The translations under genes were made by a program, and so were the position numbers. This document shows positions 46,964-55,959 of a DNA stretch of 64,000 nt, one piece after another. Position 1 is the stretch's first letter, and each line of letters starts with the position of its first letter. Origin of the DNA: Spirochaetota bacterium (GTDB taxonomy: Bacteria > Spirochaetota > B62-G9 > DRHN01); assembly GCA_020342115.1 (NCBI GenBank), contig CP070841.1:3421531-3485530 (forward strand), written 5' to 3'. The notes under the pieces are model-generated. The model was not told the DNA's origin. It was given only the letters and a program-made list of their open reading frames with translations, and searched no databases.

Positions 46964-47551
46964 TCAGCTTCTGAGGGTTGAAACAAGAATCCCAATATAT
47001 TTATGCATTGTCGCTTCAAGATCGTAGCGGCCTTCGTGTAAACTCCACTCGAATACAATACCACGGGCCATAACGAATAAAAATCTTGCGAGCTCTTCCG
47101 GGTCTGTATCCATCCTGATTTCTTTCTTTTCCTGACCCTTGCGTATCAGATCCTGCAGCAGCGTCAGCATGGGCCTGCTTTTTTTAATGAAGAATTTTAT
47201 TTTCGGATTGAAGAGCTGCTGGGTCATTTCAACACCGCTGGCCACATTGAATTTGGCATAATGGTCAAAATATTCAACAATCTGATCTGGAACACTTGCC
47301 TTATTTAAACTGGAAATTACCTCTGTTGAGAAATATTCGTCAGCTTTGCGGAAAATCTCAGCGAGAATATCGTTTTTTGATTTGAAGTAATGATAGAGAG
47401 CTCCAACCGAAACATTCGCCTTTTTGCTTATATCTACAATTGTAAGTTTCTCGAATCCCTTTTTGTCCATGATATCGATAGCGGCATTATAAATCCTGTT
47501 CTTTGTTTCTATGGCCTTCTCCTGCCGCCTGGTAAGGGGCTTCTTTCCCAT
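46964..47551 (-). CDS. TetR/AcrR-family transcriptional regulator
   Basis: N-terminal HTH IYNAAIDIMDKKGFEKLTIVDISKKANVSVGALYHYFKSK. 195 aa. Divergent from the corrinoid operon. Confidence 0.9.
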   Translation of the reverse strand: MGKKPLTRRQEKAIETKNRIYNAAIDIMDKKGFEKLTIVDISKKANVSVGALYHYFKSKNDILAEIFRKADEYFSTEVISSLNKASVPDQIVEYFDHYAKFNVASGVEMTQQLFNPKIKFFIKKSRPMLTLLQDLIRKGQEKKEIRMDTDPEELARFLFVMARGIVFEWSLHEGRYDLEATMHKYIGILVSTLRS

Positions 47552-47762
47552 ATCTGATCCAGCGATTAAATAATCTTTTAATAAAAAATCAGTATAACAT
47601 AATTACAGGAGATTGTAAAGTTGCGGTTTTGGTACCGCCTTGCGAGTGATGAGATAACTATTACCTTATAATGGGAATTATTTATTCTATGGTCATAAAC
47701 GGCCGGTTTGCGTATGGTTGGTTTATGGTATGCTATTATAGTTGGTTCTCTTAAATTGTTTA

Positions 47763-47813
47763 TTGACAATTAGGACAAATTTGATAAGCTGAATATATTC
47801 AGTGAATGCATTC
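47763..47813 (+). promoter_or_regulatory. Regulon promoter/operator cassette 4 (corrinoid operon)
   Basis: TTGACA-N16-TAAGCT followed directly by GAATATATTC-AGT-GAATGCATTC (47791-47813), then TATTAGGGGG (RBS) and the ATG. Confidence 0.7.
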
Positions 47814-47825
47814 TATTAGGGGGTT

Positions 47826-48458
47826 ATGGTTATGCCAAGAGAATTGGTAAATTTATTATCGAATCTGAAAGAACCGGAATCGATTGATTATGTCGAGAAG
47901 TCTCTGGGAAGGGGAGTTGACCCTCTACAACTGTTAGAGCAAGCTAGGGAAGGTATGAAGATCGTTGGTGAGAAGTATGCCGATGAAAAATATTTTATTC
48001 CAGACCTGATCTTTTCCGGTGAAATCCTGAAGGGTGTAGTCGATAAATTAAAACCACATCTCAAGAAGAAAGAAGAAACAAGCCCTCTGGGAAAGGTGGT
48101 GTTAGGAACAGTGGCTGGCGATATCCATGATATAGGAAAAAACCTCGTGGTCTTTATGCTTGATGCCAGCGGTTTTGAGGTTTTGGACCTTGGCGTCGAT
48201 GTGCCGGTAGAAAAATTTGTGAATGCAATTAAGGAGACCGGCAGCAGGGTGATTGGACTTAGTGGATTCCTGACCCTGGCCTTCCAGTCGATGAAGCAGA
48301 CAGTCGATGCGATCAAGGAGGCCGGGCTGCATGACGTCAAAATCATGATCGGAGGCGGCCAGATTGACGAAAGGGTCAGGAGTTTCAGCGGTGCGGACGC
48401 TTATGGAAAAGATGCAATGGAGGCTGTTAAACTGGTAAAAGGATGGATAGGAGGGTAA
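47826..48458 (+). CDS. Cobalamin-binding corrinoid protein (MtaC/MtbC-like)
   Basis: 210 aa. B12-binding DxHxxG motif GDIHDIGKNLV, preceded by a helical cap domain. Confidence 0.85.
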   Translation: MVMPRELVNLLSNLKEPESIDYVEKSLGRGVDPLQLLEQAREGMKIVGEKYADEKYFIPDLIFSGEILKGVVDKLKPHLKKKEETSPLGKVVLGTVAGDIHDIGKNLVVFMLDASGFEVLDLGVDVPVEKFVNAIKETGSRVIGLSGFLTLAFQSMKQTVDAIKEAGLHDVKIMIGGGQIDERVRSFSGADAYGKDAMEAVKLVKGWIGG

Positions 48459-48462
48459 GAAA

Positions 48463-49815
48463 ATGGAAGAGAAAAAGGCAGAGTTATCAGCAGAGCAGAA
48501 GCAGGATGAGCTGTTTCAAAGATGGCTTGAACCCAAAGATCCTGAGGGAAATAATCTGACATTTAAGAATTCCGGCGCAGAGAAATTATACAGGGAAAGA
48601 ATAACCAGGATAAAAGATGCCATTCAATTGAAGAAATTACCTGACAGAGTGCCGGTCTGCCCTCTCCCCAGTATGTTTCCTGCTTTTTATTCCGGAATTA
48701 GCCTTCAGGAGGCAATGTATGACTACGACAAATGCTGTGCGGCATGGAAAAAATATGTTCTGGATTTTGAGCCGGATGCACATATGGGCTGTGCAGCCCC
48801 TGGCTCCGGGAAATTCTTTGAGATTCTAGACTACAAATTGTACGCATGGCCAGGTCACGGTGTTTCTCCGGAACACAGCTACCAGTGCATTGAAGGAGAG
48901 TACATGATGGCGGATGAGTATGATGAGCTGATACATGATCCATCTCACTTCTTCAATAATATTTACCTGCCGCGAGTATTCGGAAGCTTGGACCCTTTCA
49001 AGATGCTTCCATTTCTTCCCGGTATATTGGAAATGTATGGAGTTGCTTTTAACTTTATACCTTACGGGCTGCCCCCTGTTCAAACGGCCCTCAAGGCTCT
49101 TATGGAAGCCGGGAGTGAAGCACTGAAATGGGCAGGAGCAGTGGGCGGTTTCGATGGTGAGATGGCAGCATTGGGATTCCCGCAGATCATTGGCGGGTTT
49201 ACCAAGGCACCGTTTGACACACTCGGCGATACACTCAGAGGCACAAAAGGGATAATGCTGGATATGTACAGGCAGCCGGATAAGCTCCTTCAGGCTCTGG
49301 AGGTTATAACGCCTCTCATGATCAAGATGGGAGTGGGTGCGGCAAAAATGAACGGAAAACCCATAATATTCATGCCTCTGCATAAAGGAGCTGACGGTTT
49401 CCTCTCCGATGATCAGTTTAAGAAATTCTACTGGCCTACTTTCAGAAAGGTCATTGTGGGTCTAATCGAGGAGGGATGCGTGCCCTTTCCGGCAGCCGAA
49501 GGTGGATACAACTCTCGGCTTTCCGTCATCAAGGACGTACCAAAAGGAAAGACTGTGTGGATGTTTGATAAGACAGATATGGCCAACGCCAAGGAGATAT
49601 TGGGCAATACTGCCTGCATCCTCGGCAACATGCCTCTCTCTATCTTAAACCTGGGTACACCCGATGATGTGAGAGAATATGCCAGGAAACTTATCGATGA
49701 TGCGGCTGAAGGCGGTGGTTACATAATGGCCAATGGTGCGTTCTTTGATAATGTCAAGGCGGAAAATCTTAAGGCTATGGTGGACTTTACCAAGGAGTAT
49801 GGTGTTTATAAGTAG
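48463..49815 (+). CDS. Uroporphyrinogen-decarboxylase-family (MtaA/CmuA-like) methyltransferase, 450 aa
   Basis: URO-D-like look and tight coupling (4-nt gap) to the corrinoid protein. About 100 aa longer than the MtaA length I recall (about 340 aa). The family assignment is from memory and needs HMM confirmation. Confidence 0.6.
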   Translation: MEEKKAELSAEQKQDELFQRWLEPKDPEGNNLTFKNSGAEKLYRERITRIKDAIQLKKLPDRVPVCPLPSMFPAFYSGISLQEAMYDYDKCCAAWKKYVLDFEPDAHMGCAAPGSGKFFEILDYKLYAWPGHGVSPEHSYQCIEGEYMMADEYDELIHDPSHFFNNIYLPRVFGSLDPFKMLPFLPGILEMYGVAFNFIPYGLPPVQTALKALMEAGSEALKWAGAVGGFDGEMAALGFPQIIGGFTKAPFDTLGDTLRGTKGIMLDMYRQPDKLLQALEVITPLMIKMGVGAAKMNGKPIIFMPLHKGADGFLSDDQFKKFYWPTFRKVIVGLIEEGCVPFPAAEGGYNSRLSVIKDVPKGKTVWMFDKTDMANAKEILGNTACILGNMPLSILNLGTPDDVREYARKLIDDAAEGGGYIMANGAFFDNVKAENLKAMVDFTKEYGVYK

Positions 49816-49904
49816 AAACTATTTATGTCGCTAGTGGCCATACAATATGTTTGCAGTGCTTTACTCACTAACAGCTCACAAATTAGTTTCCAGTATTTTC
49901 TACG

Positions 49905-49989
49905 TTTAATTAAGGTTACAGTATACTTAATTATTGTTACATATTTGTAATGAGAATTAGGTATACTGTCCCCATAATACTAACGATAA
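49905..49989 (+). repeat. Right copy of the about 85-nt direct repeat bracketing the 17-kb block
   Basis: See the left copy. The hairpin arms here carry two mismatches (AGAATTAGGTATACTG). Confidence 0.85.
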
Positions 49990-50039
49990 ATTGATCTCCA
50001 TTAGCTCTGATGAGTAGTTTCTATGTGCATACAAACTAA

Positions 50040-50360
50040 TTATTCAACCAAGTCGACACCGTCTATCCATGTTCCTCCCAGATATTCGGTTTTAATGAGG
50101 CGGGAGAGCGCTGTGAGCGCTTCGCGCAGGTGAGCCATACACTGTTCATGAAGATTCTTCCCGATCTCTGTTATTGTGGTTACGGTCTTCTCAAAGTCCC
50201 TGTCTTTCTGCTCCGAGAGTATCGCGAGTGACAGGATAAGCTGTTTCACGACAAGTTTTGTATTTATTACAAGCGGTGCTTTTTCGATCTGCTCTTCAAT
50301 ATCTTTTTCAATATTCGAAGTCATATTATTTGTCTCCTGAGTCAGTGTATCATAGTACAT
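50040..50360 (-). CDS. Small helical hypothetical protein divergent from copA
   Basis: 94-106 aa depending on the start (MTSNIEK at 50324). Contains HEQCMAH. Not CsoR-like by the motifs I recall. Confidence 0.45.
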   Translation of the reverse strand: MYYDTLTQETNNMTSNIEKDIEEQIEKAPLVINTKLVVKQLILSLAILSEQKDRDFEKTVTTITEIGKNLHEQCMAHLREALTALSRLIKTEYLGGTWIDGVDLVE

Positions 50361-50398
50361 TATAGCATGAAGGATATTGTTTCAAAAGAAATTTCATA

Positions 50399-50447
50399 TT
50401 GTCTCTTTAGCGTTAAGAGATTATATTGTATACCATACCGGGGTATA
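50399..50447 (+). promoter_or_regulatory. copA promoter (TTGTCT-N17-TATATT) with overlapping CsoR-type-like inverted repeat TATACC-N7-GGTATA
   Basis: 50429-50447 reads TATACCATACCGGGGTATA. The ATACC...GGGGTAT shape recalls copper-sensing CsoR operators. It ends 5 nt before the copA ATG. Confidence 0.45.
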
Positions 50448-50452
50448 GTAAT

Positions 50453-52942
50453 ATGAAACAGATCAAAGAAAATGAGCTCAAGGATTTAGAAAAAAGTAAG
50501 GTTACGCTGCCTATAGATGGGATGCACTGTGCTTCCTGCGCAATAACTGTAGAAAAATCACTCAGGAAAGCGAAAGGAGTTACCAGGGCTTCAGTAAACT
50601 TTGCCTCTGAAAAGGCCTACGTTGAGTACGATCCTTCCCTCACAGGTATCAGAAACCTTGAAGATGCGGTGAGAGAGGCAGGATACGATGTGCGTGCAGA
50701 GACACAGAAACTCAGATTGAGAATCGGAGGAATGAGCTGCGCATCCTGTGCCTCGACCGTGGAAAAGGAGCTGAACAAAACCGAAGGTGTGCTGAACGCA
50801 GGAGTAAACATTGCCACGGAATATGCTACCGTTGAGATCGATCCTGCTGTCACAGATCTTCAAAAGCTGGCCTCGGCAGTTGAGCATGCTGGTTACCGGG
50901 TTATAGCTGAACATGCTGAAGCGGTGGAAGAAGAAGATGAAGATGTGAAAAGAGTAAAAGCTGCGAGGAGGAGAATGTGGGGTGCATGGGGTTTCACAGC
51001 TCCCATTATTGTGTGGATGGGCCTCGAGATGTTTATGGGCATCATCTGGCCAAGCAGACTGGTGTTCGATATCGGCATGATCGTTCTGGCAGCTTGTGTT
51101 CTTTTCATTACAGGACGGCCCACTCTACGCTCAGCGTTCAAAGCAATCGGTCACCTGAAGGCCAATATGGATGTACTCATTGCCATGGGAACATCCGTTT
51201 CATTTCTTACAGGCTTTGCTGCATTCTTCACACCTGTTGCGAATTACGCCGGTGTCGCAGCAATGATAATGTCTTTTCATCTAACAGGGAGGTTTATCGA
51301 AACTGCTGCCAAAGGAAAGGCATCTCAGGCGATTAAAAAGCTTTTTGAGCTCGGTGCAAAAACAGCCCGCATCATGATAGATAAGAAGGAAAGAGAGGTG
51401 CCTGTTGAAGCCGTTCGTTCAGGCGATACAATGATTGTTCGGCCGGGCGAGAAGATCCCGACAGATGGTGTGATTGTTGATGGGGAAAGCAGTGTTGACG
51501 AGTCGATGGCCACCGGGGAATCGATGCCCGTGAACCGAGGCCCGGGGGATGAAGTTATTGGTGCAACGGTGAATCAGGAAGGGCTTTTAAAGATTAAAGC
51601 AACCAAAGTCGGGAAGGATACCTTTCTATCCCAGGTGATAAGAATGGTTGAGGAGTGCCAGGGTTCCAAGGTGCCAATACAGGAGTTTGCAGACCGTATT
51701 ACCTCATACTTTGTTCCTGTGGTGCTTGCAGTTGCAGCAGTAACCTTCCTGGCATGGCTTTTGTTTCCAGGCACACTGCACCCGGTTGCCGTATGGGCTT
51801 CTTCGTTCATACCGTGGGTAAATCCTGATCTCGGTGTTGTGACCGCAGCAATCTTTGCCGGTGTGGCGGTTCTGGTGATCGCCTGTCCATGTGCGCTTGG
51901 TTTAGCCACGCCGACAGCTCTCATGGTCGGAAGCGGGATGGGAGCCGAAAACGGTATACTGATCCGTCAGGGAGAGGCAATTCAGACACTCAAGGATGTC
52001 AGTATCATCGTATTTGATAAAACAGGCACAGTGACCAGGGGAAAACCCGAGGTAACAGATGTCATTCCGGTTAATGGAACAGATAGAGAAAAGCTTCTAT
52101 ACCTTGCTGCTACTGCTGAGTCCGGATCTGAGCATCCGCTCGGCCAGGCCGTAGCCAGGTATGCACAGAAAACAGGTTTAGCGCTTGGAAAAGTGGATAA
52201 ATTCAAGGCAGTCCGCGGTAAAGGAATTGAAGCAGCAGTGGATGGCAGCAGGGTAATCATTGGAAGCAGAAAGTTCATTGAAGGATCCAATATAAAAACA
52301 GAAACTGTTGAGTCTGAGATTTTAAAGCTCGAACGTGATGCAAAGACGGTGATGCTTGTTGCTGCGGATGGTACACTCAAAGGCGTGCTCGCTATGGCTG
52401 ATACGCCAAAGGATGATTCGATCACTGCGATCAGGGAACTCGAATCAATGGGTATAGAAACCGCTATGATTACGGGCGATAACAGGCTTACCGCAGAGGC
52501 TGTTGCTAACCGCGTAGGGATATCCCGTGTTCTCGCCGAGGTATTGCCGGACGGGAAGGTTGACGAGATAAAACGTCTTCAGGCTGATGGTGCAACGATT
52601 GCAATGGTGGGGGATGGGATCAATGATGCTCCTGCACTCAAGCAGGCAAACGTGGGAATCGCAATTGGGACAGGCACCGACATTGCGATAGAAGCATCCG
52701 ATGTGACACTTGTTCGCGGTGATCTCTCCGGAGTCGTTTCAGCGGTGAAGCTATCAAGAGCAACCTTCAGGAAAATCCGCCAAAACCTTTTCTGGGCCTA
52801 TATATACAACACATTGGCAATCCCTGCGGCGATTTTAGGATTTTTACACCCGGTTATCGCTGAAGCTGCAATGGCTGTGAGCTCTGTTAACGTGGTGACG
52901 AACGCGAATCTGCTGAGGCTTACCAGGATAAAATCAGGGTGA
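50453..52942 (+). CDS. copA: Copper-translocating P1B-type ATPase with two N-terminal HMA domains
   Basis: Two GMxCxxC motifs (MHCASC, MSCASC), [16 protein letters not shown]. Start taken at MKQIKE (50453). Confidence 0.9.
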   Translation: MKQIKENELKDLEKSKVTLPIDGMHCASCAITVEKSLRKAKGVTRASVNFASEKAYVEYDPSLTGIRNLEDAVREAGYDVRAETQKLRLRIGGMSCASCASTVEKELNKTEGVLNAGVNIATEYATVEIDPAVTDLQKLASAVEHAGYRVIAEHAEAVEEEDEDVKRVKAARRRMWGAWGFTAPIIVWMGLEMFMGIIWPSRLVFDIGMIVLAACVLFITGRPTLRSAFKAIGHLKANMDVLIAMGTSVSFLTGFAAFFTPVANYAGVAAMIMSFHLTGRFIETAAKGKASQAIKKLFELGAKTARIMIDKKEREVPVEAVRSGDTMIVRPGEKIPTDGVIVDGESSVDESMATGESMPVNRGPGDEVIGATVNQEGLLKIKATKVGKDTFLSQVIRMVEECQGSKVPIQEFADRITSYFVPVVLAVAAVTFLAWLLFPGTLHPVAVWASSFIPWVNPDLGVVTAAIFAGVAVLVIACPCALGLATPTALMVGSGMGAENGILIRQGEAIQTLKDVSIIVFDKTGTVTRGKPEVTDVIPVNGTDREKLLYLAATAESGSEHPLGQAVARYAQKTGLALGKVDKFKAVRGKGIEAAVDGSRVIIGSRKFIEGSNIKTETVESEILKLERDAKTVMLVAADGTLKGVLAMADTPKDDSITAIRELESMGIETAMITGDNRLTAEAVANRVGISRVLAEVLPDGKVDEIKRLQADGATIAMVGDGINDAPALKQANVGIAIGTGTDIAIEASDVTLVRGDLSGVVSAVKLSRATFRKIRQNLFWAYIYNTLAIPAAILGFLHPVIAEAAMAVSSVNVVTNANLLRLTRIKSG

Positions 52943-53620
52943 GAGACTTTTTTTGATCTTATTTATTTCTCTCTTCAGTATGTCTGCCTGCTCATAGTTC
53001 TCAAGAAAAATTGCAAAGAATTTCTTTTTATAAAGGTCCACCAATCTATCGATCACAGCATCAGGCCTGTCAATCAGATGTATGATGTTGTGCAGGTCAA
53101 AGCCTTTCATCTCTTTATCGAGGTCTTCCTGAATATCTTCGAGCATCTTTATCTTTACCTGTATGGTATGATGGCTTTTCTTGTCCTTGACGAGTCTACG
53201 AACACTCTCCATTGTTTCACCAACAAGATTGATGAGTTGCGGAAGGCTCTTCGTTTCTCTTGGAGGCTGGTTCTTCTCCTTGTAGGCAATTAGGTATTCG
53301 GTGATGGTATCGTTGTGCTTATCAATCTGATCTCGATAGAATTGATTAAAGTCGTTTATGTCATCAGGCAGCTCTATACCCTCCCCCTTGATGAGATCGA
53401 TGTGATTAGTCTCTGCGATCTTCATAAGGTCTTCATAACGTTCGATAAGAACAGGAGGAAAGTTAACCACCAGCGTTTCATTCTTCAGCTGAAGTGCAGA
53501 TATGACAAAGTTAGATGCAAGGATCTTTGCACTTTTAAAGAGTTTGCTTTTTTTCTTCAGCACCCAGAAGATGATGGCATTGCCTGTTGGGTTTTTTATG
53601 TCTCCGTATATAAGCTTCAT
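52934..53620 (-). CDS. Hypothetical protein
   Basis: 228-aa ORF. Its 3' end overlaps the copA stop by 9 nt (convergent). No family recognised. Confidence 0.45.
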   Translation of the reverse strand: MKLIYGDIKNPTGNAIIFWVLKKKSKLFKSAKILASNFVISALQLKNETLVVNFPPVLIERYEDLMKIAETNHIDLIKGEGIELPDDINDFNQFYRDQIDKHNDTITEYLIAYKEKNQPPRETKSLPQLINLVGETMESVRRLVKDKKSHHTIQVKIKMLEDIQEDLDKEMKGFDLHNIIHLIDRPDAVIDRLVDLYKKKFFAIFLENYEQADILKREINKIKKSLSP

Positions 53621-53695
53621 TTCAAATTTAAGTTAATGCTCTATCCATGTATTATCAAGAATATTGTTTTTCTGCTGTTACAATAAACTCTTGTA

Positions 53696-54487
53696 TCATC
53701 GAATCCCCCGCTGGAGTTTGATCTCATCGTAGGCCTTCTGGATATAGGTGAATTTTCTCGTTGCAAGATCTATGAACTCTCTTCCAAGGTGGGAGACTTT
53801 ATCTGGATGATACTTGTTGGCGAGGTTTCTGTATGCCTTGCCGATCTCGTCATTGGAGCAGTTCGGTTCCAATCCCAGCACAGCGTAAGGATCGAGCGTT
53901 TTCATTTCCATATCCGGGGATCTTGCGCTTCCGGTGCCTGATGCAGCAGAACCTGGAGAGGCTTTAAACTGGTTTTTTATCATTGTATAGTCATACGATT
54001 CGATTCCAAGATAACGGGACGCCTGTTCTATAAAGATCTCTTCTCTCTGGTTAAGCTCTCCGTCAGATACTGCGACCTGGTAGTTGAGCCTGATAAGAAA
54101 CAGCCTTTCTTCGTAAGACGCGCGATTGTTTATGGCATTGCAGGCTTCTTCTAGATTAAATGATTTTTGGAAGGACTTATCGATTATCCGTTCGATGAAG
54201 CGATATTCTAACTCACCGTAGCCGAGCTGGTGTTTGAAGAAATCTTTGATTGTGTTTTTTTCACTCTCGGTAACGCGGCCATCTGCTTTTGCGGTTCCTG
54301 TCAGAAGCAGAATAAGGCTCGTGATGAAAGCCAGCTCCTTTTCAGTATCCCTGCTGTAGCTTGGCACACTGTCTTGTCGTGTGGTATCGAAAAGGTGGCC
54401 TGCCGCTGCCCCGATAATTGCGCCGATTGGACCTCCAAAGGTAAATCCAAGGGCTGCACCAAAGAGTTTTCCTTCGTAACGCTTCAT
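53696..54487 (-). CDS. djlA: DjlA-like co-chaperone (Gly-rich membrane segment, TerB-like domain, C-terminal J domain)
   Basis: N-terminal GAALGFTFGGPIGAIIGAAAG, a TerB-like middle, and C-terminal DPYAVLGLEPNCSNDEIGKAYRNLANKYHPDK. Confidence 0.7.
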   Translation of the reverse strand: MKRYEGKLFGAALGFTFGGPIGAIIGAAAGHLFDTTRQDSVPSYSRDTEKELAFITSLILLLTGTAKADGRVTESEKNTIKDFFKHQLGYGELEYRFIERIIDKSFQKSFNLEEACNAINNRASYEERLFLIRLNYQVAVSDGELNQREEIFIEQASRYLGIESYDYTMIKNQFKASPGSAASGTGSARSPDMEMKTLDPYAVLGLEPNCSNDEIGKAYRNLANKYHPDKVSHLGREFIDLATRKFTYIQKAYDEIKLQRGIR

Positions 54488-55707
54488 GAACTGCCCTTCA
54501 GATGTTCAATGCTTTTATTTATAAATTCTTTCAGGGCATTTTTCTCGGTGCTTTCGAGTTTATCAAACTGTATGGCATAACTGCTCTCGTCATCATCCTT
54601 CCTGCATATGTTTCCGCGCAAGACCACTTCTCTATCATTGAGGACAAACTTTATTTGAGCATCTGCACCTTCTGGGATCAGGGCTTTTTCCTCGCTCCCT
54701 GAGATTTGCAGGTAAAGCCCGCCTTCCGAGATATTCAACAGACTACTGTCAATGGAATCGTCGAAGCTGGGAATGAATCCGGCATTTTCGACGCCGATCT
54801 TGAGTAACAGACTCAATGCCATGAGGTCAGATACATCCTCATAAGTAATCGGGCTCTCACTGCTCTTTTTAAATACCTTTATGTGTCCGATTACCTCGTC
54901 CTGAGAAAATATGGGAACCATAACCTTTGACACATACCCTGCCTTCCTGTCCTGATCAATAATCTCCTGCAGTTCCTTCTTATTCTCTTCAGGAGATGCT
55001 CCTGAGAGTTTACGCTCGTTCAGGTAAAAGGAGTAGTTGATGATTTTATCCGATGGAATAAACCTTGTGTATGATTCCTGTTTGGAGGTATCGTTTATAA
55101 AAAGCACTTTACCGGATTCCCGCATGATCCTGGCATCCTGTGTATTGATGTTGCTGTCGTTGTAGAGAACGATTCCGGAGTCCTGAGACATCTGTTTTAT
55201 TTCCCTGCCTATCAGCAAAAAGAGCTTCTTTATGTCAACACTCTCTCTCTGAGCCTCCCAGTAAAGCTTTGAGTACTTTACAGGCAGATCCTTCGGCGTC
55301 ACTTTTCCCGGGCTGCGCTGGGGAATGTGCTTGTACTTCAGCTTGGCGGATATCGGATTTTTAGGCATGATTCTTGGGTGTCTGCGCTTTATCCTGCTCT
55401 GCAGGATAGTCGGATATTCGAGTGTGATATAGGGTGCCTGCTTTTCGATGACAGGACATCTGCCGATGAGCCCAACACCTGAGAATATGAAGCTTATGTG
55501 CAGGAACTCGAGTTCCTGATCTCTGAGGTTTATCCCGGGTGATGTGAGTCTGGCCTTGAAGGTTTCAGCGGCTGTATCGGTTATCTTTGCCACCTCGATA
55601 TAGTGAGGGAAGTGGAGCTCTACCTCCCTGCCGTCGAGCCTGAGGATATCAACAATTCGTTTTATCCTTTCTGTGCTCAAGATCTCTTTTTCCTGTGAAG
55701 TAGACAC
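54484..55707 (-). CDS. Putative PilZ-like / GAF-like signalling protein
   Basis: The C-terminal LNISEGGLYLQ...beta-barrel-like segment resembles PilZ. An RRHPR motif lies 200 aa upstream. Its stop overlaps the djlA-like start (ATGA). Confidence 0.35.
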   Translation of the reverse strand: MSTSQEKEILSTERIKRIVDILRLDGREVELHFPHYIEVAKITDTAAETFKARLTSPGINLRDQELEFLHISFIFSGVGLIGRCPVIEKQAPYITLEYPTILQSRIKRRHPRIMPKNPISAKLKYKHIPQRSPGKVTPKDLPVKYSKLYWEAQRESVDIKKLFLLIGREIKQMSQDSGIVLYNDSNINTQDARIMRESGKVLFINDTSKQESYTRFIPSDKIINYSFYLNERKLSGASPEENKKELQEIIDQDRKAGYVSKVMVPIFSQDEVIGHIKVFKKSSESPITYEDVSDLMALSLLLKIGVENAGFIPSFDDSIDSSLLNISEGGLYLQISGSEEKALIPEGADAQIKFVLNDREVVLRGNICRKDDDESSYAIQFDKLESTEKNALKEFINKSIEHLKGSS

Positions 55708-55959
55708 CCCATTCCCCTTTATGGTATAGTGTTAATTGTCTTTCATCCTAATTATACCACAATACTAACTATATACTAATAATATAATCCAAAAGTTCAT
55801 AAATTTCGAGATCGCTTTGAGACCATAGGCTCTTATTTGGACGTTACCCTCAATGATTCCGGTATTGTGTAAAAGGTAATAAATAAATTAAGATATTGTT
55901 TAAGCAGAGTGAAGATATTATCTTAGTAGCCAAAAAAAACGTCTTATCTGGAATGGAAA

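Noticed and set aside
32926-49989. Calling the 17-kb block a horizontally acquired island on compositional grounds.
   Set aside because: Spot counts of single 60-nt lines gave 55-60% GC inside the block, but also 55% in acnA, against 35-37% in a few other genes. Composition is too heterogeneous to judge by eye. It needs a proper sliding-window and tetranucleotide analysis. No integrase, transposase or tRNA-adjacent att structure was seen.
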